A stretch of 64,000 nt of DNA, taken from the NCBI GenBank assembly GCA_023247795.1, contig JAHFFT010000005.1, positions 8,764 to 72,763 on the forward strand, written 5' to 3'. The position numbers and the translations under genes were made by a program. Shown here one piece after another: positions 49,748 through 59,115 of this stretch; positions within the stretch are counted from its first letter, which is position 1; every line of letters starts with the position of its first letter. The notes beneath the pieces were generated by a model. It saw only the letters and a list, made by a program, of their open reading frames with translations, had not been told where the DNA came from and searched no databases. The DNA comes from Candidatus Omnitrophota bacterium (GTDB taxonomy: Bacteria > Omnitrophota > Gorgyraeia > Zapsychrales > JANLHA01).

Positions 49748-50588
49748 CCTGCTTCAAAGAACCCGCCAAAGGATGCTGTGGGTTTTGTTCGATGAACTGA
49801 CGATAGATTTTGATGGCGGGCCCAAAATCCTGACTTTCCTCAAGACAAATGTTATTGATCCTTTGGATAATCACCGCCGCGGACTGCTGATTCAACAAAG
49901 TGGTCTTGATGAATTTTAACAAAATTTTCCCTCGCGCTTCAACGCCCTCTGTCCAGCGCTTTTGCAAAACGTAAACATCTGATAAAAACTGCGAGGCGTT
50001 AAACTCGACGGCCGAATCAGGAAAACGGGCGATGAGACTTTGATATTGCTCAACGGCTTCCTGGGCCGCCTGAAGAAACAATTGCCCTTCTCCCTGCCGC
50101 TGATAATGATCGGCCAGATATAAGGGAACACTCATCCCAACGATTGTCTGCTCATGGTCTTTCTTCAAAGAGTCATAAACCCGCAGTGCCTGCGACCACT
50201 GTCCAGCGGCCTCGTAAGTCTTAGCGATGTTGAATTGGGTCCTCGTCAAGAGTTCGGTGTTCTGCGGATATTTTTCAAGGATCACTTGGTATTCCGCGCG
50301 CGCCGCCTCATAATCCTTTTTTAAAAAATGCGCCCCGGCAATCTGAGTATAAATCTTCGGGCACAAATAAGATTCCGGAAACTGCTTGATGACTCGACGA
50401 TAGGAAGAAATCAACTGCTCATAACTGAACCGTGGTATCACTTGCGGTTCACGTGCGTATTTTTGCAATTTTTGATCAATGCGCCAAACCTGACGCTCAG
50501 CAAGGTAATCACTCTTCAAATCACAAAGACTGAAGACAACAAAAACACTGATTAAAATCCCCGCGTAAACAGCCCAAATCTTCTTCAT
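49701..50588 (-). CDS. TPR-like repeat lipoprotein/periplasmic protein
   Basis: The protein has a signal peptide and lipobox-like LCDL. TPR-like helices with W/Y/A spacing occur throughout. Confidence 0.35.
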   Translation of the reverse strand: MKKIWAVYAGILISVFVVFSLCDLKSDYLAERQVWRIDQKLQKYAREPQVIPRFSYEQLISSYRRVIKQFPESYLCPKIYTQIAGAHFLKKDYEAARAEYQVILEKYPQNTELLTRTQFNIAKTYEAAGQWSQALRVYDSLKKDHEQTIVGMSVPLYLADHYQRQGEGQLFLQAAQEAVEQYQSLIARFPDSAVEFNASQFLSDVYVLQKRWTEGVEARGKILLKFIKTTLLNQQSAAVIIQRINNICLEESQDFGPAIKIYRQFIEQNPQHPLAGSLKQVVFDMERLQEKQGTQ

Positions 50589-51454
50589 TCCTTTTTCTCT
50601 CCCAGAATGAACTTCGTGACCGCCGTGTAAACAACCGCGTCAATCATGAGAACAATCACCACCCCAAAAGCCAATAAAATAACTCGGAACTCCGGCAGGC
50701 TGTCCGCTCCAATTGCCAACGAATTCTCCCTGAGTAAAACAACCGGCAGATAAATGAACGTTGGAATCAAAACCATACGCGAAATCAACCCCCAGGAAGA
50801 AAAAAGCAAACGAAAATGACCGAGCAGCGCCTGATGGATCTTTTTCTTTTCCAAAACGATCAAGGGAATCACAAAGGCAAATAAAATAATCACGATCGCC
50901 CCGAACAAGACGCTTACATACGGACCAGCCTCCAGCATGATCTTGTAAACAACGCTTAATGTCTGGCTTCCACTGCCAAACGTGTTGAGTTTCAAAAGCA
51001 ACAATTCATAACTTTTGATCAAAGCCCGGAACACCAAAAATGAAAGCACCGAAGCGACGAGAATGTGAATATAACTCGGCAGCAAACCCATCAACAAACG
51101 ACCCAACTGCAACTTGCGCTTTTGCTCGACAGCCTCGATGATCTTAACCGCCCAGCCAATAAAAAATCCCGTAACAAAAATGAAAAGGACAATCTGGCAA
51201 GAATAAAATAACTGGGGAAAAATCAAAAAATTCGCTGGATAATGCAGATAACCTTCTCCCCATAGCTTACGAACCAATGGGTCAAAAAAAACCTTCAAAG
51301 GATAGCGAGGAGAAAAATAAAAGATCTCAATGATAAAAAGGTGCAAAAAAGCCACCGTGCTAAACGGCAAAAGAATGATCGGATGGCTTCTGATCGTCCC
51401 AACACTCAAATTGAGCAGAGACAAAGCTGAGTGTTTTATTGTTTTTAGCATCAA
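50585..51454 (-). CDS. Hypothetical polytopic membrane protein
   Basis: The 289-aa protein has about 7 hydrophobic helices. No recognisable motif was found. Confidence 0.3.
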   Translation of the reverse strand: MMLKTIKHSALSLLNLSVGTIRSHPIILLPFSTVAFLHLFIIEIFYFSPRYPLKVFFDPLVRKLWGEGYLHYPANFLIFPQLFYSCQIVLFIFVTGFFIGWAVKIIEAVEQKRKLQLGRLLMGLLPSYIHILVASVLSFLVFRALIKSYELLLLKLNTFGSGSQTLSVVYKIMLEAGPYVSVLFGAIVIILFAFVIPLIVLEKKKIHQALLGHFRLLFSSWGLISRMVLIPTFIYLPVVLLRENSLAIGADSLPEFRVILLAFGVVIVLMIDAVVYTAVTKFILGEKKE

Positions 51455-51458
51455 TTGA

Positions 51459-51842
51459 TTAAAAATTTTTGCTCACATTCATTTTTCGTTCTTGCCCTTG
51501 AATCAGCAAAACAACGATCAGTGCTCCAATGGCATTTGATCCCATATCCATCCAGGAAGGCTCACGACCGGTGAAGCCCTGCAATATTTCCATAACTCCG
51601 CCGTAAAGCACCGACATCAAAAAAGCTAAAGGGTAAATTCCGTTGGAAACAAATTGGGACAAAGTTTTAATCAATAAAAACGCTAAAATACCGTAGGCAG
51701 GGATATGGGCCAGATTGGCCAACAGCTCGGTCAGCGAAAAAACCTCCTGCAATTCGCTCGCCGGCAAAAGCGACAAAATCGTCAAGACAAGCAAATAGCA
51801 AGGTGTCAGGCAAAGCCATATCTTACAACGAGGAATTTCCAC
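51459..51842 (-). CDS. VanZ-like family membrane protein
   Basis: The 127-aa protein has 4 transmembrane helices. It carries LAHIPAYGILAFLL and an EILQGF motif. Confidence 0.4.
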   Translation of the reverse strand: MEIPRCKIWLCLTPCYLLVLTILSLLPASELQEVFSLTELLANLAHIPAYGILAFLLIKTLSQFVSNGIYPLAFLMSVLYGGVMEILQGFTGREPSWMDMGSNAIGALIVVLLIQGQERKMNVSKNF

Positions 51843-52785
51843 TATGATTCTGCAAATAGTTGACGGTTCGCTTCAGGCCTTCGTTAAAATTGACAAGGGG
51901 TTTGTATTTGATGATTCGCTTTGTTCGCGAGATGTCAGCGTGCGTCTTGAAAACATCTCCCGGTCTTTTGGCCAGCCATTTCGGTTTCGCCTTTTTGCCG
52001 AGAATTTCATTCAGCACATCCACCAGCGCTAAGACCGAATGATTTTCCCCAACACCAACGTTAAGAACCGCGTGTTTGACGCCGGGTGCTATCGCCGCCA
52101 AATGATTCGCGGAAACGATGTTATCGATATAAGTAAAATCTCGTGATTGTTTCCCTTTACCAAAAATCGGCGGGGCTTCATCGTTTAAAAGACAATGGAT
52201 AAATTTGGGGATCACCACCGCGTATTCATCATCCCAGGGCTGGCGAGTGCCAAAGACATTAAAATAACGCAAGCACACCGTTGAAAGCCCATGAAAATCC
52301 GAAAATATCCGGCAGTAATGTTCGCCAGCCAGTTTAGTGAGGGCATAAGGCGAAACCAATTGCGGGACCAAATCCTCGGTCTGCGGAAATTTTTTGGCTT
52401 CTCCATAAACAGAACTGGATGAGGCAAAGACAAAACGTTTCACTTTATGCTTCAGCGACGCTTGCAGCATACAAACAAGGCCGTTGATATTGACATCATT
52501 GAAACTGATCGGCTCAGTCAACGACTTAGGGACCGAACGCAAAGCGGCCTGGTGCAAAACATAATCCATTCCTTGACATGCCTTATCGCAGATTTTCTGA
52601 TCACGGATATCTCCCCGAATCAGTTCAAACTTTTTTGTTGAATAGGTTTTAGTAAAGACCAGGTTAGCTTCCTTACCCGACGAAAAATTGTCGAGAACGC
52701 GAACGCCGCACCCTTTTTTCAAAAGGAACTCAACAATGTTTGATCCGATAAACCCTGCTCCTCCGGTCACTAAAAACTGACTCAT
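51823..52785 (-). CDS. NAD-dependent nucleotide-sugar epimerase/dehydratase (UDP-GlcNAc/UDP-Glc 4-epimerase-like extended SDR)
   Basis: The protein has VTGGAGFIGSN and YALTKLAGE (the YxxxK motif). Confidence 0.75.
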   Translation of the reverse strand: MSQFLVTGGAGFIGSNIVEFLLKKGCGVRVLDNFSSGKEANLVFTKTYSTKKFELIRGDIRDQKICDKACQGMDYVLHQAALRSVPKSLTEPISFNDVNINGLVCMLQASLKHKVKRFVFASSSSVYGEAKKFPQTEDLVPQLVSPYALTKLAGEHYCRIFSDFHGLSTVCLRYFNVFGTRQPWDDEYAVVIPKFIHCLLNDEAPPIFGKGKQSRDFTYIDNIVSANHLAAIAPGVKHAVLNVGVGENHSVLALVDVLNEILGKKAKPKWLAKRPGDVFKTHADISRTKRIIKYKPLVNFNEGLKRTVNYLQNHSGNSSL

Positions 52786-52954
52786 GAATTAAGACTCCTT
52801 CTTGATGTTCTTATTGTTAAAGATAGCGATCATTTTTCATATAACAAATTTTAATCACCGATTTTCATAAATCATCGATGAGAATTATTTATTATATCAA
52901 TTCAAATGGAAATGTCTAACGGAATAGGGGGTTTTTGAATAAAATTGGAGGAGG

Positions 52955-53320
52955 CTAAATCGTCTTTGAGGAACGGTTGTAATCGTCCTGCAACCGCTCA
53001 ATATCGTCTTCGCTCAAATGCTCGCCACAGGCGACTTCAATGAAAATCAACTTTTCTTGGCCATGGTTACCAATCCGATGAACAGCTCCCAACGGGATAT
53101 CCACCACCATACCGGTCCGCACTGGGATATCCTTCTTATCAACAATCGCCAAACCCGAACCTTGAACAATGATCCATTTTTCACTGCGGCCGCGGTGCTT
53201 CTGCAGACTCAGGCGACTTTGCGGCAAAACCTCGACGCGTTTGACCCAGAATCCCGGCTCTTGATAAAGCATTTTGAAATGCCCCCAGGGACGTTGTGAA
53301 ACGTTGTTTTCATGTTTCAT
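52955..53320 (-). CDS. Cupin-domain protein (mannose-6-phosphate isomerase type II C-terminal-like)
   Basis: The 121-aa protein has WGHFKML...HRGRSEKWIIVQGSG and GAVHRIGNHG. Confidence 0.5.
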   Translation of the reverse strand: MKHENNVSQRPWGHFKMLYQEPGFWVKRVEVLPQSRLSLQKHRGRSEKWIIVQGSGLAIVDKKDIPVRTGMVVDIPLGAVHRIGNHGQEKLIFIEVACGEHLSEDDIERLQDDYNRSSKTI

Positions 53321-53448
53321 AAGGGGATGCCGCCTTAAATTTTTTCATTGTCTAAGCAATAACGATTATTTTACTAATTTTTTTGTCCTTGTATAGCTTT
53401 TTAACACAAGTCAGTAAAGGGATAATTTCCTCAGAAGAATCCCAACAA

Positions 53449-54726
53449 CTACCATGCAAATCCTTTTAACGCCTCTTCCAAGCGGAGCAAATCTTTCTTG
53501 GTATGCATGGCAGACACAAAAAACGCCTCCAGATCTGCCGGCGGCCAGTAAATCCCTTGATCAATCAAATGCCAAAATAATTTTCGATAACGGTCCCCTC
53601 CAGCGGCCTTCTTAGCGTCGGTATAATTCTTGACCGGATGATCGGAAAAACGGACACTCATCATCGAATGATAAACCGACAGGTGAACAGGAAGTTGCTT
53701 CTCTTTATAATGTTGATTGAGCCTTTCGACAAATTGACGACATCGTTCGTTGAGGGTGCGGTAAACATCTTTATTCATCAATTGCAATGTCGCTAACCCG
53801 GAACGCATCACCACCGGATTACCGGAAAATGTCCCGGCCTGATAGACCCCGCCCAATGGAGCAAGGCATTGCATGATGTCTTTGCGTCCACCATAAGCAC
53901 CAACCGGAAACCCACCGCCGATGATTTTTCCCAAACAGGTCAAATCAGGAATGATGCCACATTCACTCTGGGCGCCACCCAACCCGGCACGGAACCCGGT
54001 CATGATCTCATCGAAGATAAGAACAATTTGATGTTTGCTTGTCAGTTCCCGCAAAATTTTTAAAAACCCCGGATCCGCTGGGATCACCCCCATGTTGCCG
54101 GCAACCGGCTCTAAAATCACCGCGGCAATCTGGTTTTTATACTTTTCAATCGTCGCTGCCGCCAACGCTGAATCATTATACGGCAGGCTAATAGTGTTAT
54201 CGATATGCCCTTGCGGGATCCCTAGACTCGACGATTCCTTTAACGTTGCCACTCCAGAGCCGGCAGTGGTCAAAAGATCATCGACATGACCATGATAACA
54301 ACCGTCGAATTTGATCACCAAAGACCGCTTGGTAAATCCCCTGGCCAAACGAAGAGCACTCATTGTGGCTTCGGTGCCAGAATTGACAAAACGGATCTGT
54401 TCGATCGATGGCACGTTCTCAACGATGAACTTGGCAATATCAATTTCCTGCCGAGTGGTCGTCCCAAAGCTGCTGCCTTTTTGGACGGTATTTTTAGCGG
54501 CCAGTACGACATTGCGATGGGCGTGACCAAAGATCAAAGAGCCCCAGGAAAGGCAATAATCGGTATAAGCGTTTCCATCATAGTCAAAAAGTTGCGATCC
54601 TTTCCCATACTTCATGACCAAGGGGTCGGCCCCAACACCGTTGAAGGATCGGACCGGGCTATTGACCCCACCGACCAAGACCGTTTTGGCCTCCTCAAAA
54701 AATTGTTTTGAAATTTTATTTCTCAT
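53449..54726 (-). CDS. hemL: Glutamate-1-semialdehyde 2,1-aminomutase
   Basis: The protein shows class III aminotransferase features and a PLP-binding Lys within IFDEIMTGFRAGLGGAQ. The start was trimmed to MRNKISKQFFEEAK. Confidence 0.85.
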   Translation of the reverse strand: MRNKISKQFFEEAKTVLVGGVNSPVRSFNGVGADPLVMKYGKGSQLFDYDGNAYTDYCLSWGSLIFGHAHRNVVLAAKNTVQKGSSFGTTTRQEIDIAKFIVENVPSIEQIRFVNSGTEATMSALRLARGFTKRSLVIKFDGCYHGHVDDLLTTAGSGVATLKESSSLGIPQGHIDNTISLPYNDSALAAATIEKYKNQIAAVILEPVAGNMGVIPADPGFLKILRELTSKHQIVLIFDEIMTGFRAGLGGAQSECGIIPDLTCLGKIIGGGFPVGAYGGRKDIMQCLAPLGGVYQAGTFSGNPVVMRSGLATLQLMNKDVYRTLNERCRQFVERLNQHYKEKQLPVHLSVYHSMMSVRFSDHPVKNYTDAKKAAGGDRYRKLFWHLIDQGIYWPPADLEAFFVSAMHTKKDLLRLEEALKGFAW

Positions 54727-54756
54727 AGCATGGTAAATTTCTAGTAGTGACAACTC

Positions 54757-54811
54757 GCAAGTCTCAGGACTCATGTGACAAGTCACTTGAAACTTGAGAC
54801 GTGAGACTTGC
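54757..54811. repeat. Perfect 10-bp inverted repeat (GCAAGTCTCA ... TGAGACTTGC) of the GTCTCAAG intergenic repeat family
   Basis: The arms are at 54757-54766 and 54802-54811, separated by a 35-nt loop that contains a second small palindrome. It lies between the hemC-fusion stop and the hemL start. Confidence 0.6.
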
Positions 54812-56869
54812 AACCATGACCCGACTCTGATACCCCGCATCATGCAAACATTTCTGGGTCAGCGGACCTTTACAAACAATCTCCCAATCTTTCGGGATCG
54901 GACCATGGTCCCTCAGATAATTCACGACCGTCGACGGGCTAGTAAAAATAATTTGGTCAAATTTGCCTTTTGGCAACTCTTTTCTCTCTGGCTTTTTGTT
55001 TTGGTAGACGGGATATTCATAAACCTCGCTTCCGCGCGATCGCAGTTCCTTTATCAAAAAGGGGTTCGGCAAGGCCGATCGCGGAAACAAGATTCGACTT
55101 CCCCTCAAATCAAAATTTTCTTGCAACTCCCGCAAAAAACCTTCACTGGATTCTTCGTCAGCAACAACCTTGGCCTCATAACCAAACTGCTCCAAAGCCT
55201 GCTCGGTGTCTCGCCCAATCACCGCTATCTTCTTCATTGACAGCAGGTCCGTAAGATTGTGTTTTTTTAACAGACTCATAAAAAACCGCACGGCAAAACG
55301 GCTGGTCAAAAGGACCAAATCACATTTCTGCAAGTCTTCTCTTAACTGATCAATCTGTTGCGGAGTCAGTGGATTTTCAATCAGTTCAATCATCGGATGA
55401 TGCACCAACTGGCCTAAGGCCTGATATTTTTGCGGATTTGTTCCCAAATACAAAATGTGATTTTTTTTCTGTTGTCTGCCCCGATAGAACCTAACCGTTT
55501 CACCGACCATAATCAACGCCGGCGGTTTCAGTCCCTGCTCTCCAACCCTTTTTTGGATATCCTGCAAAGTACCATCAACAATTTTTTCTTGCGCTGTTGT
55601 TCCACTTTCAATAACAATGACCGGGGTTGACGGCTTCCAGCCTTTAAGCAACAAGGCCTCAACGATATCGCTCAATTTGGTCAGTCCCATAAAAAAAACC
55701 AACGTGTCAGCCTCAGGGATCGCGATGGGCTGGGGATCATCACTCATTTCTGCCGGACCATGACCGCTCACAAAAGCAACCGAAGAAGAAATCCCTCTGG
55801 CCGTCAAGGGAATGCCCAAATGCGACGGTAACCCCGTCGCCGAACTCACCCCCGGAATGACCTCGACCTCGATATGATAATTCTGCAAATACAACATTTC
55901 CTCGGCCCCGCGGCCAAAAACCATGGGGTCCCCTCCTTTGAGCCGAACAACATTTTTCCCAGAGCGCGCCTGCTCTCTGAGCATCCGACAAACCTCTCCC
56001 TGAGGAAGGCTATGGTTGCCTTTTCTTTTCCCGACGTAGATGAGCTGTGCCTGATGGGCGTATTGCAAAAGTTGCGAAGACGCTAAAAAATCATAAAAAA
56101 CACAATCCGCATTTTCCAACGCCTTAATGGCTTTCAACGTTATCAACTCCGGATCGCCGGGTCCAGCTCCAACGAGCATAACCCGTCCATAATCTTTGCG
56201 CGCGTCGATCAACGAAAATAAATTTTTCAGGTCGACATCTTCACGACGGCCGACGATAGCCAGTTGCCCTTGCAAGGCGGTGGCTTCGTAAGGCAAAACC
56301 TCAACGATCTCACTTTCTAATCCCAAACGTTTTAAGGCACAGGTGGCAACCACTATGGCGTTGAGTTTTCCAGATTTCAACTGACGCAAACGGTCTTCAA
56401 TGGGACCGCGGATCGGTATCAGTTCAACATCTGCCCTTACCTTTTTGATTTCCTGATGACGCAAGGTGCTGCTGGTACCAATTTTGGCACCGGCAGGCAA
56501 ATCAACAAGCTTAGCTCGACCGACCAAACAATCGGTCTCGTCAAAGGCTTTGGTTAAGGCAAAGATTTCCAATCCTTCCGGGAGTTGTTGCGCAAGGTCC
56601 TTGGCACTATGCACGGTCACATCAACCTGTTCGTTGCTGAGCGCCTGATCCAACGCGTCGGTAAAAAAATCTTCTCCCGGATTACTGGAAAGCGGCGTTT
56701 GCTGATCTTTATCGCCTTGTGTTTGCAGCGTGACCACGTCGTAGGCAAGACTCTGCCCCTGCCCTTCCAGGAGATTAAAAACCTCTTTCACCTGAATCAA
56801 GGCCAAACGGCTACCCCGAGAACCGACAATTATCTTTTTGCTTTGAGGAAACATCGTCCAAATTCTCAA
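54764..56869 (-). CDS. Trifunctional fusion of porphobilinogen deaminase (HemC domains 1-2), uroporphyrinogen-III C-methyltransferase (CobA) and uroporphyrinogen-III synthase (HemD)
   Basis: The 701-aa protein has HemC motifs in residues 1-225 (IVGSRGSRLALIQ, TQGD, VHSAKDL). Residues 226-470 carry SUMT motifs (VGAGPGDPELITLKA, LKGGDPMVFGRG). Residues 475-701 are HemD-like (LLTSRFAVRFF). Confidence 0.7.
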   Translation of the reverse strand: MRIWTMFPQSKKIIVGSRGSRLALIQVKEVFNLLEGQGQSLAYDVVTLQTQGDKDQQTPLSSNPGEDFFTDALDQALSNEQVDVTVHSAKDLAQQLPEGLEIFALTKAFDETDCLVGRAKLVDLPAGAKIGTSSTLRHQEIKKVRADVELIPIRGPIEDRLRQLKSGKLNAIVVATCALKRLGLESEIVEVLPYEATALQGQLAIVGRREDVDLKNLFSLIDARKDYGRVMLVGAGPGDPELITLKAIKALENADCVFYDFLASSQLLQYAHQAQLIYVGKRKGNHSLPQGEVCRMLREQARSGKNVVRLKGGDPMVFGRGAEEMLYLQNYHIEVEVIPGVSSATGLPSHLGIPLTARGISSSVAFVSGHGPAEMSDDPQPIAIPEADTLVFFMGLTKLSDIVEALLLKGWKPSTPVIVIESGTTAQEKIVDGTLQDIQKRVGEQGLKPPALIMVGETVRFYRGRQQKKNHILYLGTNPQKYQALGQLVHHPMIELIENPLTPQQIDQLREDLQKCDLVLLTSRFAVRFFMSLLKKHNLTDLLSMKKIAVIGRDTEQALEQFGYEAKVVADEESSEGFLRELQENFDLRGSRILFPRSALPNPFLIKELRSRGSEVYEYPVYQNKKPERKELPKGKFDQIIFTSPSTVVNYLRDHGPIPKDWEIVCKGPLTQKCLHDAGYQSRVMVASLTSQVSSDLSHES

Positions 56870-56947
56870 TTGTTAGTAACAAAATAAGGGATTATTGTAA
56901 CATACTATCGGTTTGCCGCAAATAACTTGATAACTCGGCGGAAAAAA

Positions 56948-57012
56948 CAAGTCCCAAGTTCCAAGTCTCAAGTTACAAATGACTTGAGACCAGCGACCTG
57001 GGACTTGAGACC
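56948..57012. repeat. GTCTCAAG-family intergenic repeat with a 9-bp stem hairpin (GTCTCAAGT / ACTTGAGAC) and tandem CAAGT(C) units
   Basis: The hairpin arms are at 56965-56973 and 56982-56990. A further CTTGAGAC lies at 57004-57011. The element is downstream of the patatin gene. Confidence 0.6.
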
Positions 57013-57028
57013 TAAGTATAGACGACAA

Positions 57029-59113
57029 TTACTCTTCAAGGAGTTTTTTAATGGCTGGAAGGGCTTGGCGGGCGGCGGCCTCACCGCGTTTGATCAGATC
57101 ATCGACCTTATACAGTTCATACCAATTGACACCGACCAAATCCGGGTGGATGTTGACATCGGCATTCTGGGCACTTTGCTCAGCCAAGAGATACTCAGAG
57201 GCTTGCAAACTGCGGACAATGATATCGGAAATATTAGGAGTGAACAATTTTGTGATCGCCCGCCAAAGCCGGAATTTGACAAAATGACCAGGGGCCTTCC
57301 CAAAAGGAATCCGGCTCTGATCTTTGAATCCGTTCTGCTCCAAAACAAACCCATAAGTCACGTCCTGCGGAGACTGCAAAACATTGACGGCGATGATCTT
57401 TTTGATCCCCAAGCCCATCAACACGTTCGTCGGTAACGGATTGAGCACCCCGCCGTCGATGATCATCTGCTCCCCCTCCAAGACCGGCGTCATAACCCCG
57501 GGAATCGAAATGCTTTTCCTCACCGCGTCAACGAGCAAACCGGAATCAACAACAAGCTCTTGCCGCCGGACCAAATCATAAGCGACCACTTTAAGCGGAA
57601 TCCGCGTGCTGTAAAAAGTTTTGTTTCCTAACCCGCGAGTCCTCAGCCAGCGTTTTATCATGTGCCCGGCCATCAATCCGGAAATCGGAAAGATCGGATC
57701 AAATATTTTCCACATGTTCTTCGGCTTTTTAAATTCACGCGCCAGGTTCTCCAGCTCCGCGGCATTATTGCCGATAACCCAAAAACTTGCTAAAAGAGCA
57801 CCCATGCTGCTGCCTACGACCACATCGACCGGGATCCTTTCCTGCTCCAGAACCTTGATGACACCGATGTGCGCCAATCCCAAAGCGGCCCCACCTCCTA
57901 AAACCAATCCCACCTGAACTCCGCTGATCTGACGAGCAATCTTCGTGACCGCCCGGCCGTATTCGCTGTTCTCACCCGGTAAACGCACCATCAGGGCTTC
58001 ATTGTTGATTGGTTCCTGCATCTGGTCTGAATCGATATGCGGCAATTTGGTAAAGACATCGAAATCGATTTCTTTATGGATATCTTCATACGACAAATAA
58101 CAGGCGGCCTGCCGTCCGCTGATCACAATCTGGATCTGCTCCCGACGGAACTGCTCTTGCAACCCCTGTTCCAATTGATTGATGATCCCACGCATCACCA
58201 ATAGATCATCTTTTTTATCTTGCGTGACCAACTGAACGATATCCGACTGAATGAGCGTCTTTAAAACCACCTCATCGGTTTGATTTGGCAGGTCCACGAT
58301 GACATAATGATAATTATTGACCAGGGCTGAGACAAATTGGCTGATCTTATCAACCATCGCCTGGTCGGTCGCGTTGAAGTTCACATGCAGCAAATCCACC
58401 GGTAACTGCCCTTGGATGATGTGGCCAGTGATGACATCGGGGTCGTCGGCCATATCATTGAGCGAAACCCCGCGAGTTTTCCACTGCACTGAGGTGTCCA
58501 CGTCCTCTGAAGGAATATTGATTTGTTCCTCGGCCCAGGAACCAATGGTGACCCAAAGCACTTTTTTCTTGGATTCCCGCTGCAGACTCATCGCCAAATT
58601 GAAGGAATACGTCGAGCTGCCGGCACCTTTGATCGGACTATAAATCGAGATGATGGTACTTTCAAAGACGTCGCCGTGCGCTCCCCTGTGACGCACCCGC
58701 TTTGAAAGATTATGGCTGAGGGCAACCCCTAAATTGGGAATCGATTTTAGGATCTCATTGAAATCATCCTGTTCGATTTTTAAAATGATCGAATCGTTGA
58801 TCGCCTCAAAAGTCAAAGAATGTGGCTCGCCGGTCAGTAGGGAAATCACGCCAAAATGCGTGCCCCGATGGATGAATTCAACGTTTTTCTTTTTTTGAAG
58901 AAAATCTAAAGCATAGGCTTGGATCCGTCCGGAAACCAGCCCGTAAAAAGCGTCCGGAGGGTCCCCCTGACGGCAGATGACTTCGCCCTTGCGGAATTGC
59001 AAAATCTTTGACTTGATCGCAATCCGCTGCAAGTCCAGCCAGCTTAACTTATTAAAAATTGGGATTTGTTTGACAAGGGAAACGCGGTTAAAAAAGGAAG
59101 AGAGTTCAGCCAT
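57029..59113 (-). CDS. Three-part protein: cNMP-binding domain, degenerate ParA/MinD-like P-loop domain, and patatin-like phospholipase domain
   Basis: The N-terminal CAP effector domain reads FRKGEVICRQGDPPDAFYGLVSGRI. The middle region SPIKGAGSSTYSFNLA is a degenerate deviant Walker A. The C-terminus has GGGAALGLAHIGV and GSSMG (the GxSxG motif) plus a DGG motif. Confidence 0.6.
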   Translation of the reverse strand: MAELSSFFNRVSLVKQIPIFNKLSWLDLQRIAIKSKILQFRKGEVICRQGDPPDAFYGLVSGRIQAYALDFLQKKKNVEFIHRGTHFGVISLLTGEPHSLTFEAINDSIILKIEQDDFNEILKSIPNLGVALSHNLSKRVRHRGAHGDVFESTIISIYSPIKGAGSSTYSFNLAMSLQRESKKKVLWVTIGSWAEEQINIPSEDVDTSVQWKTRGVSLNDMADDPDVITGHIIQGQLPVDLLHVNFNATDQAMVDKISQFVSALVNNYHYVIVDLPNQTDEVVLKTLIQSDIVQLVTQDKKDDLLVMRGIINQLEQGLQEQFRREQIQIVISGRQAACYLSYEDIHKEIDFDVFTKLPHIDSDQMQEPINNEALMVRLPGENSEYGRAVTKIARQISGVQVGLVLGGGAALGLAHIGVIKVLEQERIPVDVVVGSSMGALLASFWVIGNNAAELENLAREFKKPKNMWKIFDPIFPISGLMAGHMIKRWLRTRGLGNKTFYSTRIPLKVVAYDLVRRQELVVDSGLLVDAVRKSISIPGVMTPVLEGEQMIIDGGVLNPLPTNVLMGLGIKKIIAVNVLQSPQDVTYGFVLEQNGFKDQSRIPFGKAPGHFVKFRLWRAITKLFTPNISDIIVRSLQASEYLLAEQSAQNADVNIHPDLVGVNWYELYKVDDLIKRGEAAARQALPAIKKLLEE

Positions 59114-59115
59114 AA

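Noticed and set aside
57029-59113. Patatin/cNMP protein as a CBASS effector (CapV-like)
   Set aside because: There is no CD-NTase/cyclase, Cap2/Cap3 or other defence gene within 10 kb. The flanking genes are acyl-CoA dehydrogenase and heme biosynthesis genes. The architecture resembles NTE-like housekeeping lipases more than compact CapV.
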